Of a stretch of DNA of 64,000 nt, positions 18,081-26,362 are shown piece after piece (position 1 is the first letter of the stretch; every line of letters starts with the position of its first letter). The notes under the pieces are model-generated. The model worked only from the letters and a program-made list of their open reading frames with translations, made no database searches and was not told the DNA's origin. Origin of the DNA: Myxococcota bacterium (GTDB lineage: Bacteria > Myxococcota_A > UBA796 > CAJQPC01); contig JAZAMN010000050.1 of assembly GCA_036229005.1 (NCBI GenBank), positions 1 to 64,000 on the forward strand, read 5' to 3'. A program made the position numbers and the translations under genes.

Positions 18081-18518
18081 TTACTCGAGCTGCAGGACGT
18101 TCTCGAGGGACAGGGTGATGACCTCGGTCGCGGCCTGGCTGCCGGACGCGTCCATGGCGGGCAGCTCCCACTTGGAGGGGTAGGCGTTCAGCAGCACGTA
18201 GCGACGCATGGTGGTGTGATCGCTGCGCAGGAACTCGATGGAGACGGTGCGGCGGTCGATGTTGCCGGCCTCGATGGCCTGGCGCCAGGCGTAGAACTCG
18301 TCCAGGCCGGAGTACACGCGCTCGAGGGTGATGTCGTCGTAGGTCGTGCGGCCCGGAGCCTTACGAACAGCGGAGTCCAAGCCGTGCTTGAAGTCCATGT
18401 TCTCGGTGGTGGACGTGATCTTGCTCACCTTGAGGAAGCCGTCGAGGGGGTCGTTGATGCCCTCGATGGTGACCCGGAAGTGGAAAGAACCGATGTAGTT
18501 GTTGGTAGGGTTGGACAT
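18081..18518 (-). CDS. Major tube protein, T4 gp19 family (Afp1-like)
   Basis: FHFRVTIEG, KAPGRTTYDDITLER, RRTVSIE, NAYPSKW, ATEVITL. Confidence 0.93.
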   Translation of the reverse strand: MSNPTNNYIGSFHFRVTIEGINDPLDGFLKVSKITSTTENMDFKHGLDSAVRKAPGRTTYDDITLERVYSGLDEFYAWRQAIEAGNIDRRTVSIEFLRSDHTTMRRYVLLNAYPSKWELPAMDASGSQAATEVITLSLENVLQLE

Positions 18519-18560
18519 GGTACGCCTCTTTTCAGTTTGAGGGTTGCTTGGGGAAGATGG

Positions 18561-18611
18561 GGCGCCCCGAATAGGGGCGCCGAGGGCTCAGGCCGCCATC
18601 AGGCAGCCTGA
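18561..18611 (-). promoter_or_regulatory. Two stem-loops between the sheath and tube genes
   Basis: Minus strand TCAGGCTGCC-TGAT-GGCGGCCTGA (10 bp, one G.U pair) and GGCGCCCC-TATTC-GGGGCGCC. Confidence 0.5.
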
Positions 18612-18618
18612 TTCAAGA

Positions 18619-20502
18619 CTAACCGGCCTCGGTCTGCATCGGAGCCTGGGAGAAGCGGATCCGGATGAACTCGGCGGGGTAGAGGGGGCGGATCTGCACG
18701 TCGACAGTCAGGATGCCGGAGCGAACGTCCACATCCGGGTTGTTCTGACGGTCACACTGCACGGAGAAGGCCTCGTCCCAGGTCTGACCGTCCAGCATCC
18801 CCTGGTTCCACAGGCTGTAGAGGAAGGAGCTGATGGTGGTCTTGAGGTCGGAACGGGTGGAGTCGCTGTTGGGGAGGAAGACCGCCCACTGGACCGCATC
18901 CCGGACGGAGCGCTCGACGAAGAGGAAGAGGCGACGAACGTTGATGTACATCCACAGAGCATCGGCCGCGGTGGTGCGAGCACCCCAGATGCGGATGCCA
19001 GCGCCGGGGCGGTGGCGGATGATGTTGATGCCCTTCATGTTCAGGGCGCCCTGCTCCTTGTCGGAGATGTTCGTGGTCAGCTCAGCGACCGCGACCATCT
19101 GCTCGTTGGCGGGAGCCTTGTGCACGCCACCGCCGGCCTTGAGGTCGGTCGCAGCGATGACACCAGCGACGTGACCCGAGGGGGGCACGATGATGTACTT
19201 GTCGTGGGGGCCGGTGGCGGAGGGGTTGTCCACGACCAGCCAGGGTGCGTAGGCGGCGCCGTAGCCAGCGTCGTCGCGGGGCACGCAGCGGTCGAGCAGG
19301 GCGTCAGCGGAGTAGCCGTTGAAGCGCAGCTCGGTCATCGCGGGGGAAGCGACGGTCTCGAGGACACCAACCTCGTAGGGGCTGTCACCCTCGGTCCAGC
19401 GGAACTGGTCCAGCTTGGTGCCGAAGGGCTCCTTGGTGAGGAGGTAGCGAGGGGTCTCGAGGACGGCGAAGAGATCGCCGCGGCCACGGGGACCGGCGTA
19501 CTCGTGGATGGCCTGCTGCCAGCCGAACTCCAGACCGGGAGCGGCGAGCATCGCGACTGCGGAGGCGCCGTCGAAGGAGTCCTCCAGGAAGCGACGCTTG
19601 TCGGGGCCGGCGGCGCCGTGCTGCTGGATGGCGACTGCCAGGTAGGCGGTCTTGCCGCCGTTGGCGAAGAAGCCGTTGACGGACAGCTCGTAGCGCTTCA
19701 TGCCGGGGTGGTTGCGCAGCCAGCCGATCCAGGCCTTCTTGGCCTCGGTGCCCAGGGTGCGCCAGACCAGCTCGGCCTTGGTGGGGGTCATGCCCTTCTG
19801 CGCGTCAACCAGGATCTCCTTGAAGAGCTGGTTGGCGAAGTCGTTCAGCCATGCGTCGAATCCGTCCATGCCGGTGATGGCGGGAGCGGTGCCCTGCATG
19901 CGCTTCTGGATCGCGCCGATGTCGATGGACTGGGGCTTGGCGGCGGGGTCCACGGCGGCGATGGTGCCGGTGTGGCCGATGCCCTGCTCGACGGCGTTGC
20001 CGGCGATCAGCTCCAGGATGTGCTGCTGGTTGGCGCCGAAGGCGAGGTCCCACTTGGTGGCACCCTTCTCGTCCACAGCGACGCTCAGCAGGCTCTTGCG
20101 TGCGGGGATGCGCAGCATGTTGCCCTTGTCGTCACGGAGAACGACGGCGCCGGTGTCGGAGGGGGAGTCGGCCTTCCAGTTGCCGGGGAGCACCTCGGAG
20201 ACGAGCTGCTCGAAGTCGTTGCCGGCTGCGGGCTTGCCCTTGGCCTTGGGGTCCTTGCCTGCGTCGTCGCCACCGTCAGTCAGCAGCGGACGGAAGGCGA
20301 GTGCGCGGTTCCAAGCCAGCATGGCCTTCTCTTCCGTCGCGGGAAGGAACATGCCAGCGGCGGGGCCGCGACCAGCGAGGAAGTTCGCCGGCAGGGTGAT
20401 GACGCCGACAAAGCCGGTGTCCGTGGTGGAGGAGGCTGCGACCGGACGGGGTCCGGTGGAGATCTCCTCGATGTAAACGCCTGGTGTCCTGTACTCCGGC
20501 AT
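18619..20502 (-). CDS. Contractile sheath protein (Afp2/3-like)
   Basis: YRTPGVYIEE, GFFANGG, YAPWL, VPPSGHVAG, GVHKAPAN, IWGART, YINVRRL, WAVFLPN, PAEFIRIR. Confidence 0.96.
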   Translation of the reverse strand: MPEYRTPGVYIEEISTGPRPVAASSTTDTGFVGVITLPANFLAGRGPAAGMFLPATEEKAMLAWNRALAFRPLLTDGGDDAGKDPKAKGKPAAGNDFEQLVSEVLPGNWKADSPSDTGAVVLRDDKGNMLRIPARKSLLSVAVDEKGATKWDLAFGANQQHILELIAGNAVEQGIGHTGTIAAVDPAAKPQSIDIGAIQKRMQGTAPAITGMDGFDAWLNDFANQLFKEILVDAQKGMTPTKAELVWRTLGTEAKKAWIGWLRNHPGMKRYELSVNGFFANGGKTAYLAVAIQQHGAAGPDKRRFLEDSFDGASAVAMLAAPGLEFGWQQAIHEYAGPRGRGDLFAVLETPRYLLTKEPFGTKLDQFRWTEGDSPYEVGVLETVASPAMTELRFNGYSADALLDRCVPRDDAGYGAAYAPWLVVDNPSATGPHDKYIIVPPSGHVAGVIAATDLKAGGGVHKAPANEQMVAVAELTTNISDKEQGALNMKGINIIRHRPGAGIRIWGARTTAADALWMYINVRRLFLFVERSVRDAVQWAVFLPNSDSTRSDLKTTISSFLYSLWNQGMLDGQTWDEAFSVQCDRQNNPDVDVRSGILTVDVQIRPLYPAEFIRIRFSQAPMQTEAG

Positions 20503-20535
20503 CGACTGCTCCGATCAGGGGGTTGTTGCGAAAGC

Positions 20536-20805
20536 TTAGTTGCTTTCTGACTTTTGTTGGCTCCCGGGGAGCCGTCCAAAGGGGGGGAACACTACCATCT
20601 CGCCGCTCACGACGATCTGGCTCAGGGCGTGGCGCGCCGGGCCCAGGTCCATCTGGGTCCGCAGCGCCACCATTGGATACTTGATGCTGTGGTTGCTTCC
20701 GTAGAGGACGTCTTTCCGGCCAGCCATCTTGGTCAGGCGGCAAGACTCCCGGCCCATGTTCGTGGACTGGCGGTGCATCTCGGAGAGCAACTTGGTCTTC
20801 AGCAT
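20536..20805 (-). CDS. 89-aa protein, candidate highly divergent PAAR-like spike tip
   Basis: TGATG-coupled to the spike gene; KDVLYG...PMVALRTQM...IVVSGEMVVF loosely parallels PAAR repeats; no literal PAAR motif. Confidence 0.4.
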   Translation of the reverse strand: MLKTKLLSEMHRQSTNMGRESCRLTKMAGRKDVLYGSNHSIKYPMVALRTQMDLGPARHALSQIVVSGEMVVFPPFGRLPGSQQKSESN

Positions 20806-21434
20806 CAGTTGATCTTCACCATGGAGCCCTTGATCACGACTCCACCGGCGTCGATCACGACCTTGTTGCCGCCGACCTTGGCGACGATCTCGGTCCCAGC
20901 CTTCACCAGCGCCTTGTCGGTGTTGACGGTAGCCGACTTCGACGCGTTGACGGTGGCCTCGTCGCAATCCACCGTGACGACCTTGGTCGTGACCTGGACG
21001 GTCTCGGCGGACTCGATGGTGATGATCGACTTCTCCTCTTCGATCTTGATGAAGTTCTTCTCATCACCACTGATGATGTGGATCCAGCCCTTTCCCTTCT
21101 TGTCGTAGAACTGGACAAGGTGGTTGGTGGGCGTGCGGATCTGCTTGTAGAGGTTCTTGTCTGTGGCCTCGGGCACGTTCACCGGCATGTTCTTGCCGTT
21201 GTAGACCGCGCCCAGGATCATGAGCTCGGAGCCACCTCGGAGCACGACGACCTCGTCATCGACCTCGGGCAGCCAGGTGAAGCCGCTCTCCTTGGATGCG
21301 TGTGGCTGAACCATCCTGATCCAAGGGAACTTGGTCTGGGAGGTGAAGCCGTGCATGCTCACCTGAACGCGGCCCAGCTTGTCTGGGTCGGCGGTATCGA
21401 CGACTTTCCCGACGAGGAGAATTTGGTCACCCAC
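20805..21434 (-). CDS. Baseplate spike, gpV/gp5 OB-fold with short beta-repeat tail
   Basis: GKVVDTADPDKLGRVQV...WIRMVQPHA...GFTWLPEVDDEVVV...ILGAVYNG; C-terminal beta repeats ending IKGSMVKIN. Confidence 0.92.
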   Translation of the reverse strand: MGDQILLVGKVVDTADPDKLGRVQVSMHGFTSQTKFPWIRMVQPHASKESGFTWLPEVDDEVVVLRGGSELMILGAVYNGKNMPVNVPEATDKNLYKQIRTPTNHLVQFYDKKGKGWIHIISGDEKNFIKIEEEKSIITIESAETVQVTTKVVTVDCDEATVNASKSATVNTDKALVKAGTEIVAKVGGNKVVIDAGGVVIKGSMVKIN

Positions 21435-21475
21435 GGGGTGCCTCCGGGAGTGGGTTGTTCAGGGTTGCCGCGTGC

Positions 21476-21506
21476 ATTCTCACTCTCTTGGATGGGGACC
21501 TGTCAA
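21476..21506 (-). promoter_or_regulatory. Possible sigma-70 promoter of the CIS operon
   Basis: Perfect TTGACA, 19-nt spacer, GAGAAT on the minus strand ~40 nt before the spike start; the spacer is long. Confidence 0.35.
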
Positions 21507-21545
21507 CCAAGACTGGCGGATCTGTCGGCTCCTGACACCCTTCAT

Positions 21546-22658
21546 TCAACCCACGCTCCCCGCAGCCCATGCGAGGAAGCCCTCAGGGTCGGCCTGTACG
21601 CGGTCCAGGAGATTTGTGGGGATCACCCCTGCTCTCAGGAAAAGCTGGTCAGGATCCTTCCCCCAGTGGTGCGCGAGCCGGCGCAAAAGATCCTGGGAGG
21701 GAGCTCGGGAGCCGTTCTCAATGCGGGAAAGCACCGATGGCGACATGTTCAAGGCTGCGGCGAGGCTTCGCTGTGACTCGCGGCGCGACTCGCGACAGGT
21801 GCGGATCCAGTCGCCGAAGGGAGGCGCCTCCTGTTCGGTCCTTTGAAGGGAGGAGGGGGGGAGCTCGGTCGAAGACTCTTCGATCACCGCCCAGGCCGAG
21901 TGCTTGTGGATGGACTCCAGGTTCTCGACCTCGACCCGGACCGAGGACACGCCCGGTAGGGCCCGGAGGGCGAGCGTGGCGTCTCGCGCCAGGTCCTCGA
22001 CGAAGCGGGGGTTCTCGTAGGCCCGCTCCGTCACCCACTTCTCGTCCTCGCGCTTGAGGAGGGCAAACAGAGGGGCGCTGCCGCAGGCCTCCAAGGTGTC
22101 CACGACATCCTCGATCCAGACCATGTCATTCAGGAGGATCTGCGCTCGGACGTGACCTCGTTGGTTGTGGGCTCCGTACTCTGAGATCGCCTTGGAGCAC
22201 GGGCAGAGGGTCTTGACGGCCACGTCGACGAGCAGCTCGAAGCGGAGTGCGTCACCGATCATGCTGGCCTTGAATCCGCATGCGTACTCCATCAAGCTCC
22301 GGGCTCCCGAGACCGGGGCGGCGCGCTCCAGGAAGTAGGGGAAGTGGGCCTCGAAGTAGGCGGCCTGGGTGTCGAGTCGGCGCTGGATCTCGCGCAGGAT
22401 CTCAGGGACCGTGGACAGGCTGATCTCCCCGCGGTGGCTCTCCAGGATCTCGATGAAGCGGGACATGTGGGTGCCCTTCTGGTCCGCTGGGAGGTGCACT
22501 GACAGGGCGAGCTCCGCGACCGTGGGTTGGGAGCTCCGGTGCTTGTCCCAGACGGTGATCGGGTAGCGCAGATCGCGAATGCCGACCTGGCTTATCGCGA
22601 GATCGCGCCGGTCTTCGTGGGAGGCGTGGTCAGGGAGGCTCTCTCGAATGCGGGTCAT
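21546..22658 (-). CDS. folE2: GTP cyclohydrolase IB (FolE2) fused to a C-terminal XRE-type HTH
   Basis: KGTHMSRF, TLCPCSK, GAHNQR, LLKREDE, ENPRFVED, ESIHKH; then FGDWIRTCRE...SQRSLAAALNMSPSVLSRIENGSRAPS; ATG 22658 with CAGGAG RBS. Confidence 0.9.
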   Translation of the reverse strand: MTRIRESLPDHASHEDRRDLAISQVGIRDLRYPITVWDKHRSSQPTVAELALSVHLPADQKGTHMSRFIEILESHRGEISLSTVPEILREIQRRLDTQAAYFEAHFPYFLERAAPVSGARSLMEYACGFKASMIGDALRFELLVDVAVKTLCPCSKAISEYGAHNQRGHVRAQILLNDMVWIEDVVDTLEACGSAPLFALLKREDEKWVTERAYENPRFVEDLARDATLALRALPGVSSVRVEVENLESIHKHSAWAVIEESSTELPPSSLQRTEQEAPPFGDWIRTCRESRRESQRSLAAALNMSPSVLSRIENGSRAPSQDLLRRLAHHWGKDPDQLFLRAGVIPTNLLDRVQADPEGFLAWAAGSVG

Positions 22659-22793
22659 CGCGGACTCCTGCTTGTGACCCGGCTTCAATAGGGTGGGTTG
22701 CGGTTGTTGGCAATGGAGTGTTTCCGGGTTGCCGCGCCCTGGTGCGTGTGCAGGGTTGTGCAGCGGTCTGTCGCCGCATTAGAAGGGACGCCT

Positions 22794-23810
22794 ATGCGCT
22801 ACGAGAAGGTCTGCATTGAAGCCCTCCGGTACGAGCTGCCCCGGCAGTCGCTGGAGACCCGTGCGATCGAGGGGGCTCTGTCGCCGCTCTACACGCGCAT
22901 GGGCATCAGGCCGGGCTGGCTGGAAGCAGTCACCGGGGTGAAGGCCCGGCGCGTTTGGGGGCATGGGGAGGATCCTGAGGCGGCTGCTGCGCGTGCAGCC
23001 CAGGAGGCGCTTGACCACGCGGGCATCGCCCGGTCCCAGGTCGATGTCCTCGTCAGCACCTCTGTCTACAAGGCGGAGTTGGAGCCGTCCGTAGCGTGTG
23101 CGGTGCACGACCACCTTGGGCTGAGGGATAGCTGCCTCAACTTCGACGTCGGCAACGCTTGCCTGGGCTTCATGTCGGGGATGGGCGTCGTGGCGAACAT
23201 GATCGAGCTCGGTCAGGCTCGGGTGGGCATCGTCGTAGCAGGGGAGAGCAGTCGGGAGGTGACCGAGAGCACCCTTGCCAGGCTTGGAGCGCCCAGCGCC
23301 GACATGACGACCTACAAGGACAACCTTGCGACGCTGACGCTGGGGTCCGCAGCGGTCGCGATGGTGCTGGTGCACAGGGACCTGTCCACCAACCAGCACC
23401 GGTTCAACGGCGGCGTGCAGCGGTCGGCGAGTCGGCATAGGACCCTGTGTCACGGCGGCCTGGACGGTATGACCACCGACCCAGCGCGGCTCCTGTCGGA
23501 GGGGGTGAAGCTTGCCAAGCGCACCTTCGAGGACTTTCGGGGTGAGCGTGGCCGAGGCGCGCGACCGATCGCCGGGTATGCGCTCCACCAGGTTGGGCGG
23601 GCGAATCATGAGTCCGTCCTCAAGGCGCTGCAGTTGCCTGCGGATCGCGCGCTGGCGATCTACCCTGAGTTTGGAAACGTCGGAGCAGCCGCGGTGCCGC
23701 TGGCGCTTGCGCGGACCCTGGAGCTTGGCCGCGCAGGTCAGGGAGACACTGTGGCGATGATGGGTATTGGGAGCGGCTTGAACGTGGCCATGATGAGTGT
23801 GGACTGGTGA
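22794..23810 (+). CDS. oleA: OleA, thiolase/KAS III-like head-to-head condensing enzyme
   Basis: EPSVA, NACLGF, LTLGS, HQVG, GNVG, GIGSG; first gene of a four-gene ole set. Confidence 0.88.
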   Translation: MRYEKVCIEALRYELPRQSLETRAIEGALSPLYTRMGIRPGWLEAVTGVKARRVWGHGEDPEAAAARAAQEALDHAGIARSQVDVLVSTSVYKAELEPSVACAVHDHLGLRDSCLNFDVGNACLGFMSGMGVVANMIELGQARVGIVVAGESSREVTESTLARLGAPSADMTTYKDNLATLTLGSAAVAMVLVHRDLSTNQHRFNGGVQRSASRHRTLCHGGLDGMTTDPARLLSEGVKLAKRTFEDFRGERGRGARPIAGYALHQVGRANHESVLKALQLPADRALAIYPEFGNVGAAAVPLALARTLELGRAGQGDTVAMMGIGSGLNVAMMSVDW

Positions 23811-24685
23811 GCCCTCTTCCTCCAAGTGCAAAGGCGCTCTACCCCTGGAGCGGCCACCAGTTGGCCGTAGATGGCGGGCAGCTTCACTACCTCGACGAGG
23901 GGCCTCGAGATGCGCCGGTGATGTTGGCGGTGCATGGCAACCCGACCTGGTCGTTCTATTGGAGGGCGCTCGTTGAGCGCTTCTCGGACCGTTTCCGGGT
24001 CGTGGTTCCTGACCACATTGGCTGCGGGATGTCGGACAAGCCGCAGGACTGGACCTACCGTCTGGGGGACCACATCGGGAACCTCCAGAGCCTGGTCGAG
24101 CACCTGGATCTCAAGGACATCACCCTGGTGGTGCACGACTGGGGCGGGGCCATCGGCATGGGGGTCGCGGGGCGCCTCCCGGAGCGCTTCACACGGCTCG
24201 TGGTGACCAACACGGCGGCCTTCCGTTCTCTGGAGATCCCGCCGTCCATCGCGAGCTGTCGGATTCCCGGCTTCGGACCGGTCGCTGTCCGTGGCTTCAA
24301 CGGATTTGCATGGGCTGCGAGCTGGCGGACCACGGTTCGCCCGCTCGAGCCTTCGGTGAAGGCAGGGCTTCTCGCTCCCTACGACTCCTGGGCCAATCGC
24401 ATCGCCACGCTGCGCTTTGTGGAGGACATCCCCCTCAAGCCCGAGCACCCCAGCTACCAGACCCTCACTGAGGTCGAGCAGGGGCTCTCCAAGCTGAGTG
24501 GGCTCCCCATGCTCATCTGCTGGGGGGAGCAGGATTGGTGCTTCACGCCGAACTTCCGCCGGGAGTGGGAGCGTCGCTTTCCGAGCGCTGAGGTCGAGGC
24601 GTGGGAGGACGCGAGCCACTACCTGATAGAGGATGTCCCGGAGCGCCTGCTGGGCAGGATCGAACGCTTCGTCGGAGAGCACTGA
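23807..24685 (+). CDS. oleB: OleB, haloalkane dehalogenase-like alpha/beta hydrolase (beta-lactone decarboxylase)
   Basis: HGNPTWSF, PDHIGCG.SDKP, VHDWGG, HYLIED. Confidence 0.88.
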   Translation: MSPLPPSAKALYPWSGHQLAVDGGQLHYLDEGPRDAPVMLAVHGNPTWSFYWRALVERFSDRFRVVVPDHIGCGMSDKPQDWTYRLGDHIGNLQSLVEHLDLKDITLVVHDWGGAIGMGVAGRLPERFTRLVVTNTAAFRSLEIPPSIASCRIPGFGPVAVRGFNGFAWAASWRTTVRPLEPSVKAGLLAPYDSWANRIATLRFVEDIPLKPEHPSYQTLTEVEQGLSKLSGLPMLICWGEQDWCFTPNFRREWERRFPSAEVEAWEDASHYLIEDVPERLLGRIERFVGEH

Positions 24686-24706
24686 AGCTCGCAGCGAGGA
24701 CGAGGC

Positions 24707-26362
24707 ATGGCCGCTCCTGAGATGAACTTTGCGGCGCTGTTTCAAGAGCAGGCCCGGCTGGCTCCCTACAGAAGGGCGCTGATCATCCCGGGCCCCATCG
24801 ACCCGGAGAGTGGCCAGCGCGCATGGACGCATCGCCGCTTCGGTCAACTCGCCGAGCAGGTGGATGCCTGTGCGTGGGGACTCCGCGAGCAGGTGGGGCT
24901 GAGCCCAGGAGAGCGCGTGATGATGCTCGTCCCTGCCGGCTTCCCCTTCTTCGAGATCGCCTTGGCGCTCTGGAAGCTTGGGTGTGTTCCCGTCCTCATC
25001 GACCCCGGGATGGGGCTCGAGGGGTTCCTGAGCTGCATCGAGCAGGTCAAACCCACGGCGCTGGTCGCGATCGAGAAGGGGATGCTCCTCTCCAAGGTCA
25101 AGGGGAGGGCCTTCGCGAGCGTGACGAAGCGCGTCACCGTCGGGAAGGGGACCTGGTTCTGGGGGGGGCATCTGCACCAGCGACTGCACATGCCGGAGCG
25201 GGGGGCGATGTCGCCACATCCGGTAGAGGTGGACACGCTCGCTGCAATCCTGTTCACCTCGGGGAGCACTGGGCCGGCGAAGGGGGTGGAATACACCCAC
25301 GGCATGTTCCAGACGCAGGCCTCTCGAATCGCGGCGATGTACGGGATTCAAGCGGGACAGGTCGAGGTGAGCTGTTTCTTGCCCTTCTCGATGTTCAGCA
25401 TGTCGATGGGGGTGAGTTGCGTGTTGCCCGACATGGACTTCGCCGCGCCCGCGAGCGCGGAGCCGGACAAGATCTTCGAGGCCGTCGAGGAGCAAGGAGC
25501 CAGCCAGCTCGTCGCGAGCCCGGCCGTGCTCAAGAAGATGGCGCGCACGCTGCCGGAGCGCGGGCTGCGGCTCCCCAGTCTTGACCGCGTTCTGACCTTC
25601 GGTGCCCCGATCCCGAGGACGCTGCATCAGGACTTCAAGCGCATCCTGCGAGAGGGGGCGGAGGTCCACACGCCCTACGGGGCGACCGAGTCCCTCCCAG
25701 TGGCCACAATCGCCTCCGATGAGATCCTGGAGGAGACGGGGGGCAGAGCCGCCCAAGGGGAGGGGACCTGTGTGGGCAGCGTGGACCCGTCCGTGACGGT
25801 CGCCATCATCCCCATCACGGACGCTGCGATCGAGGCCTGGCGAGAGGAGGAGCGCCTGGGGGCGGGACAGATCGGCGAGATCTGCGTGAAGGGACCTCAG
25901 GTCTCCGCGGCCTATTTCCAGCGGGAGGATGCCAACCAGGTAGCGAAGATCCCGGACCCGGACGGCGGGGGCTTCTGGCATCGGATGGGAGACGTTGGCT
26001 ATCTGGATGGGCGGGGGCGTCTCTGGTTCTGCGGCCGGAAGGGACATCGAGTAGGTACTGAGGACCCGCTGTTTCCTGTGCGACTTGAGGGCGTCTACAA
26101 CGAGCACCCCCGGGTGATCCGGAGCGCGGTGGTCGAGAGCGACGGCGTCCCGACCCTGATCCTGGAGGTCGACGGGGCAATCACCGTTCCAGAACGGCTG
26201 GCCTCCGAGGTGCTTGCATTGGGGCAGGGGAACACTGAGTGTGAGCGGATTCGGAAGGTCCTGTTCCACCCGGGTTTCCCCGTCGACCGGCGTCACAACG
26301 CCAAGATCCATCGGCCGGAACTCGCTGGCTGGGCAGAGGGCCGAAAGGGCGTGGAGGTCTGA
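24707..26362 (+). CDS. oleC: OleC, AMP-dependent beta-lactone synthetase
   Basis: IDPGMG, FTSGSTGPAKGV, TPYGATESLP, WHRMGD, FPVDRRHNAKI. Confidence 0.88.
   Translation: MAAPEMNFAALFQEQARLAPYRRALIIPGPIDPESGQRAWTHRRFGQLAEQVDACAWGLREQVGLSPGERVMMLVPAGFPFFEIALALWKLGCVPVLIDPGMGLEGFLSCIEQVKPTALVAIEKGMLLSKVKGRAFASVTKRVTVGKGTWFWGGHLHQRLHMPERGAMSPHPVEVDTLAAILFTSGSTGPAKGVEYTHGMFQTQASRIAAMYGIQAGQVEVSCFLPFSMFSMSMGVSCVLPDMDFAAPASAEPDKIFEAVEEQGASQLVASPAVLKKMARTLPERGLRLPSLDRVLTFGAPIPRTLHQDFKRILREGAEVHTPYGATESLPVATIASDEILEETGGRAAQGEGTCVGSVDPSVTVAIIPITDAAIEAWREEERLGAGQIGEICVKGPQVSAAYFQREDANQVAKIPDPDGGGFWHRMGDVGYLDGRGRLWFCGRKGHRVGTEDPLFPVRLEGVYNEHPRVIRSAVVESDGVPTLILEVDGAITVPERLASEVLALGQGNTECERIRKVLFHPGFPVDRRHNAKIHRPELAGWAEGRKGVEV

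Noticed and set aside
879..20550. Long plus-strand ORFs (879-4325, 4235-7525, 10465-13263, 18544-20550)
   Set aside because: Antisense to the coupled minus-strand CIS genes; typical shadow-ORF composition
9842..21434. Prophage or R-type tailocin interpretation
   Set aside because: No capsid, terminase, integrase, holin/endolysin or fibre genes in the window; the tube, initiator and DUF6760 genes are of eCIS type
1149..21434. Canonical T6SS (subtype i)
   Set aside because: Single-chain sheath and gp19 tubes rather than TssB/C and Hcp; no recognisable TssJ/L/M, ClpV or TssA
22659..22793. Riboswitch upstream of folE2
   Set aside because: No THF, ZTP or preQ1 consensus recognisable by eye; an Rfam/Infernal scan would be needed
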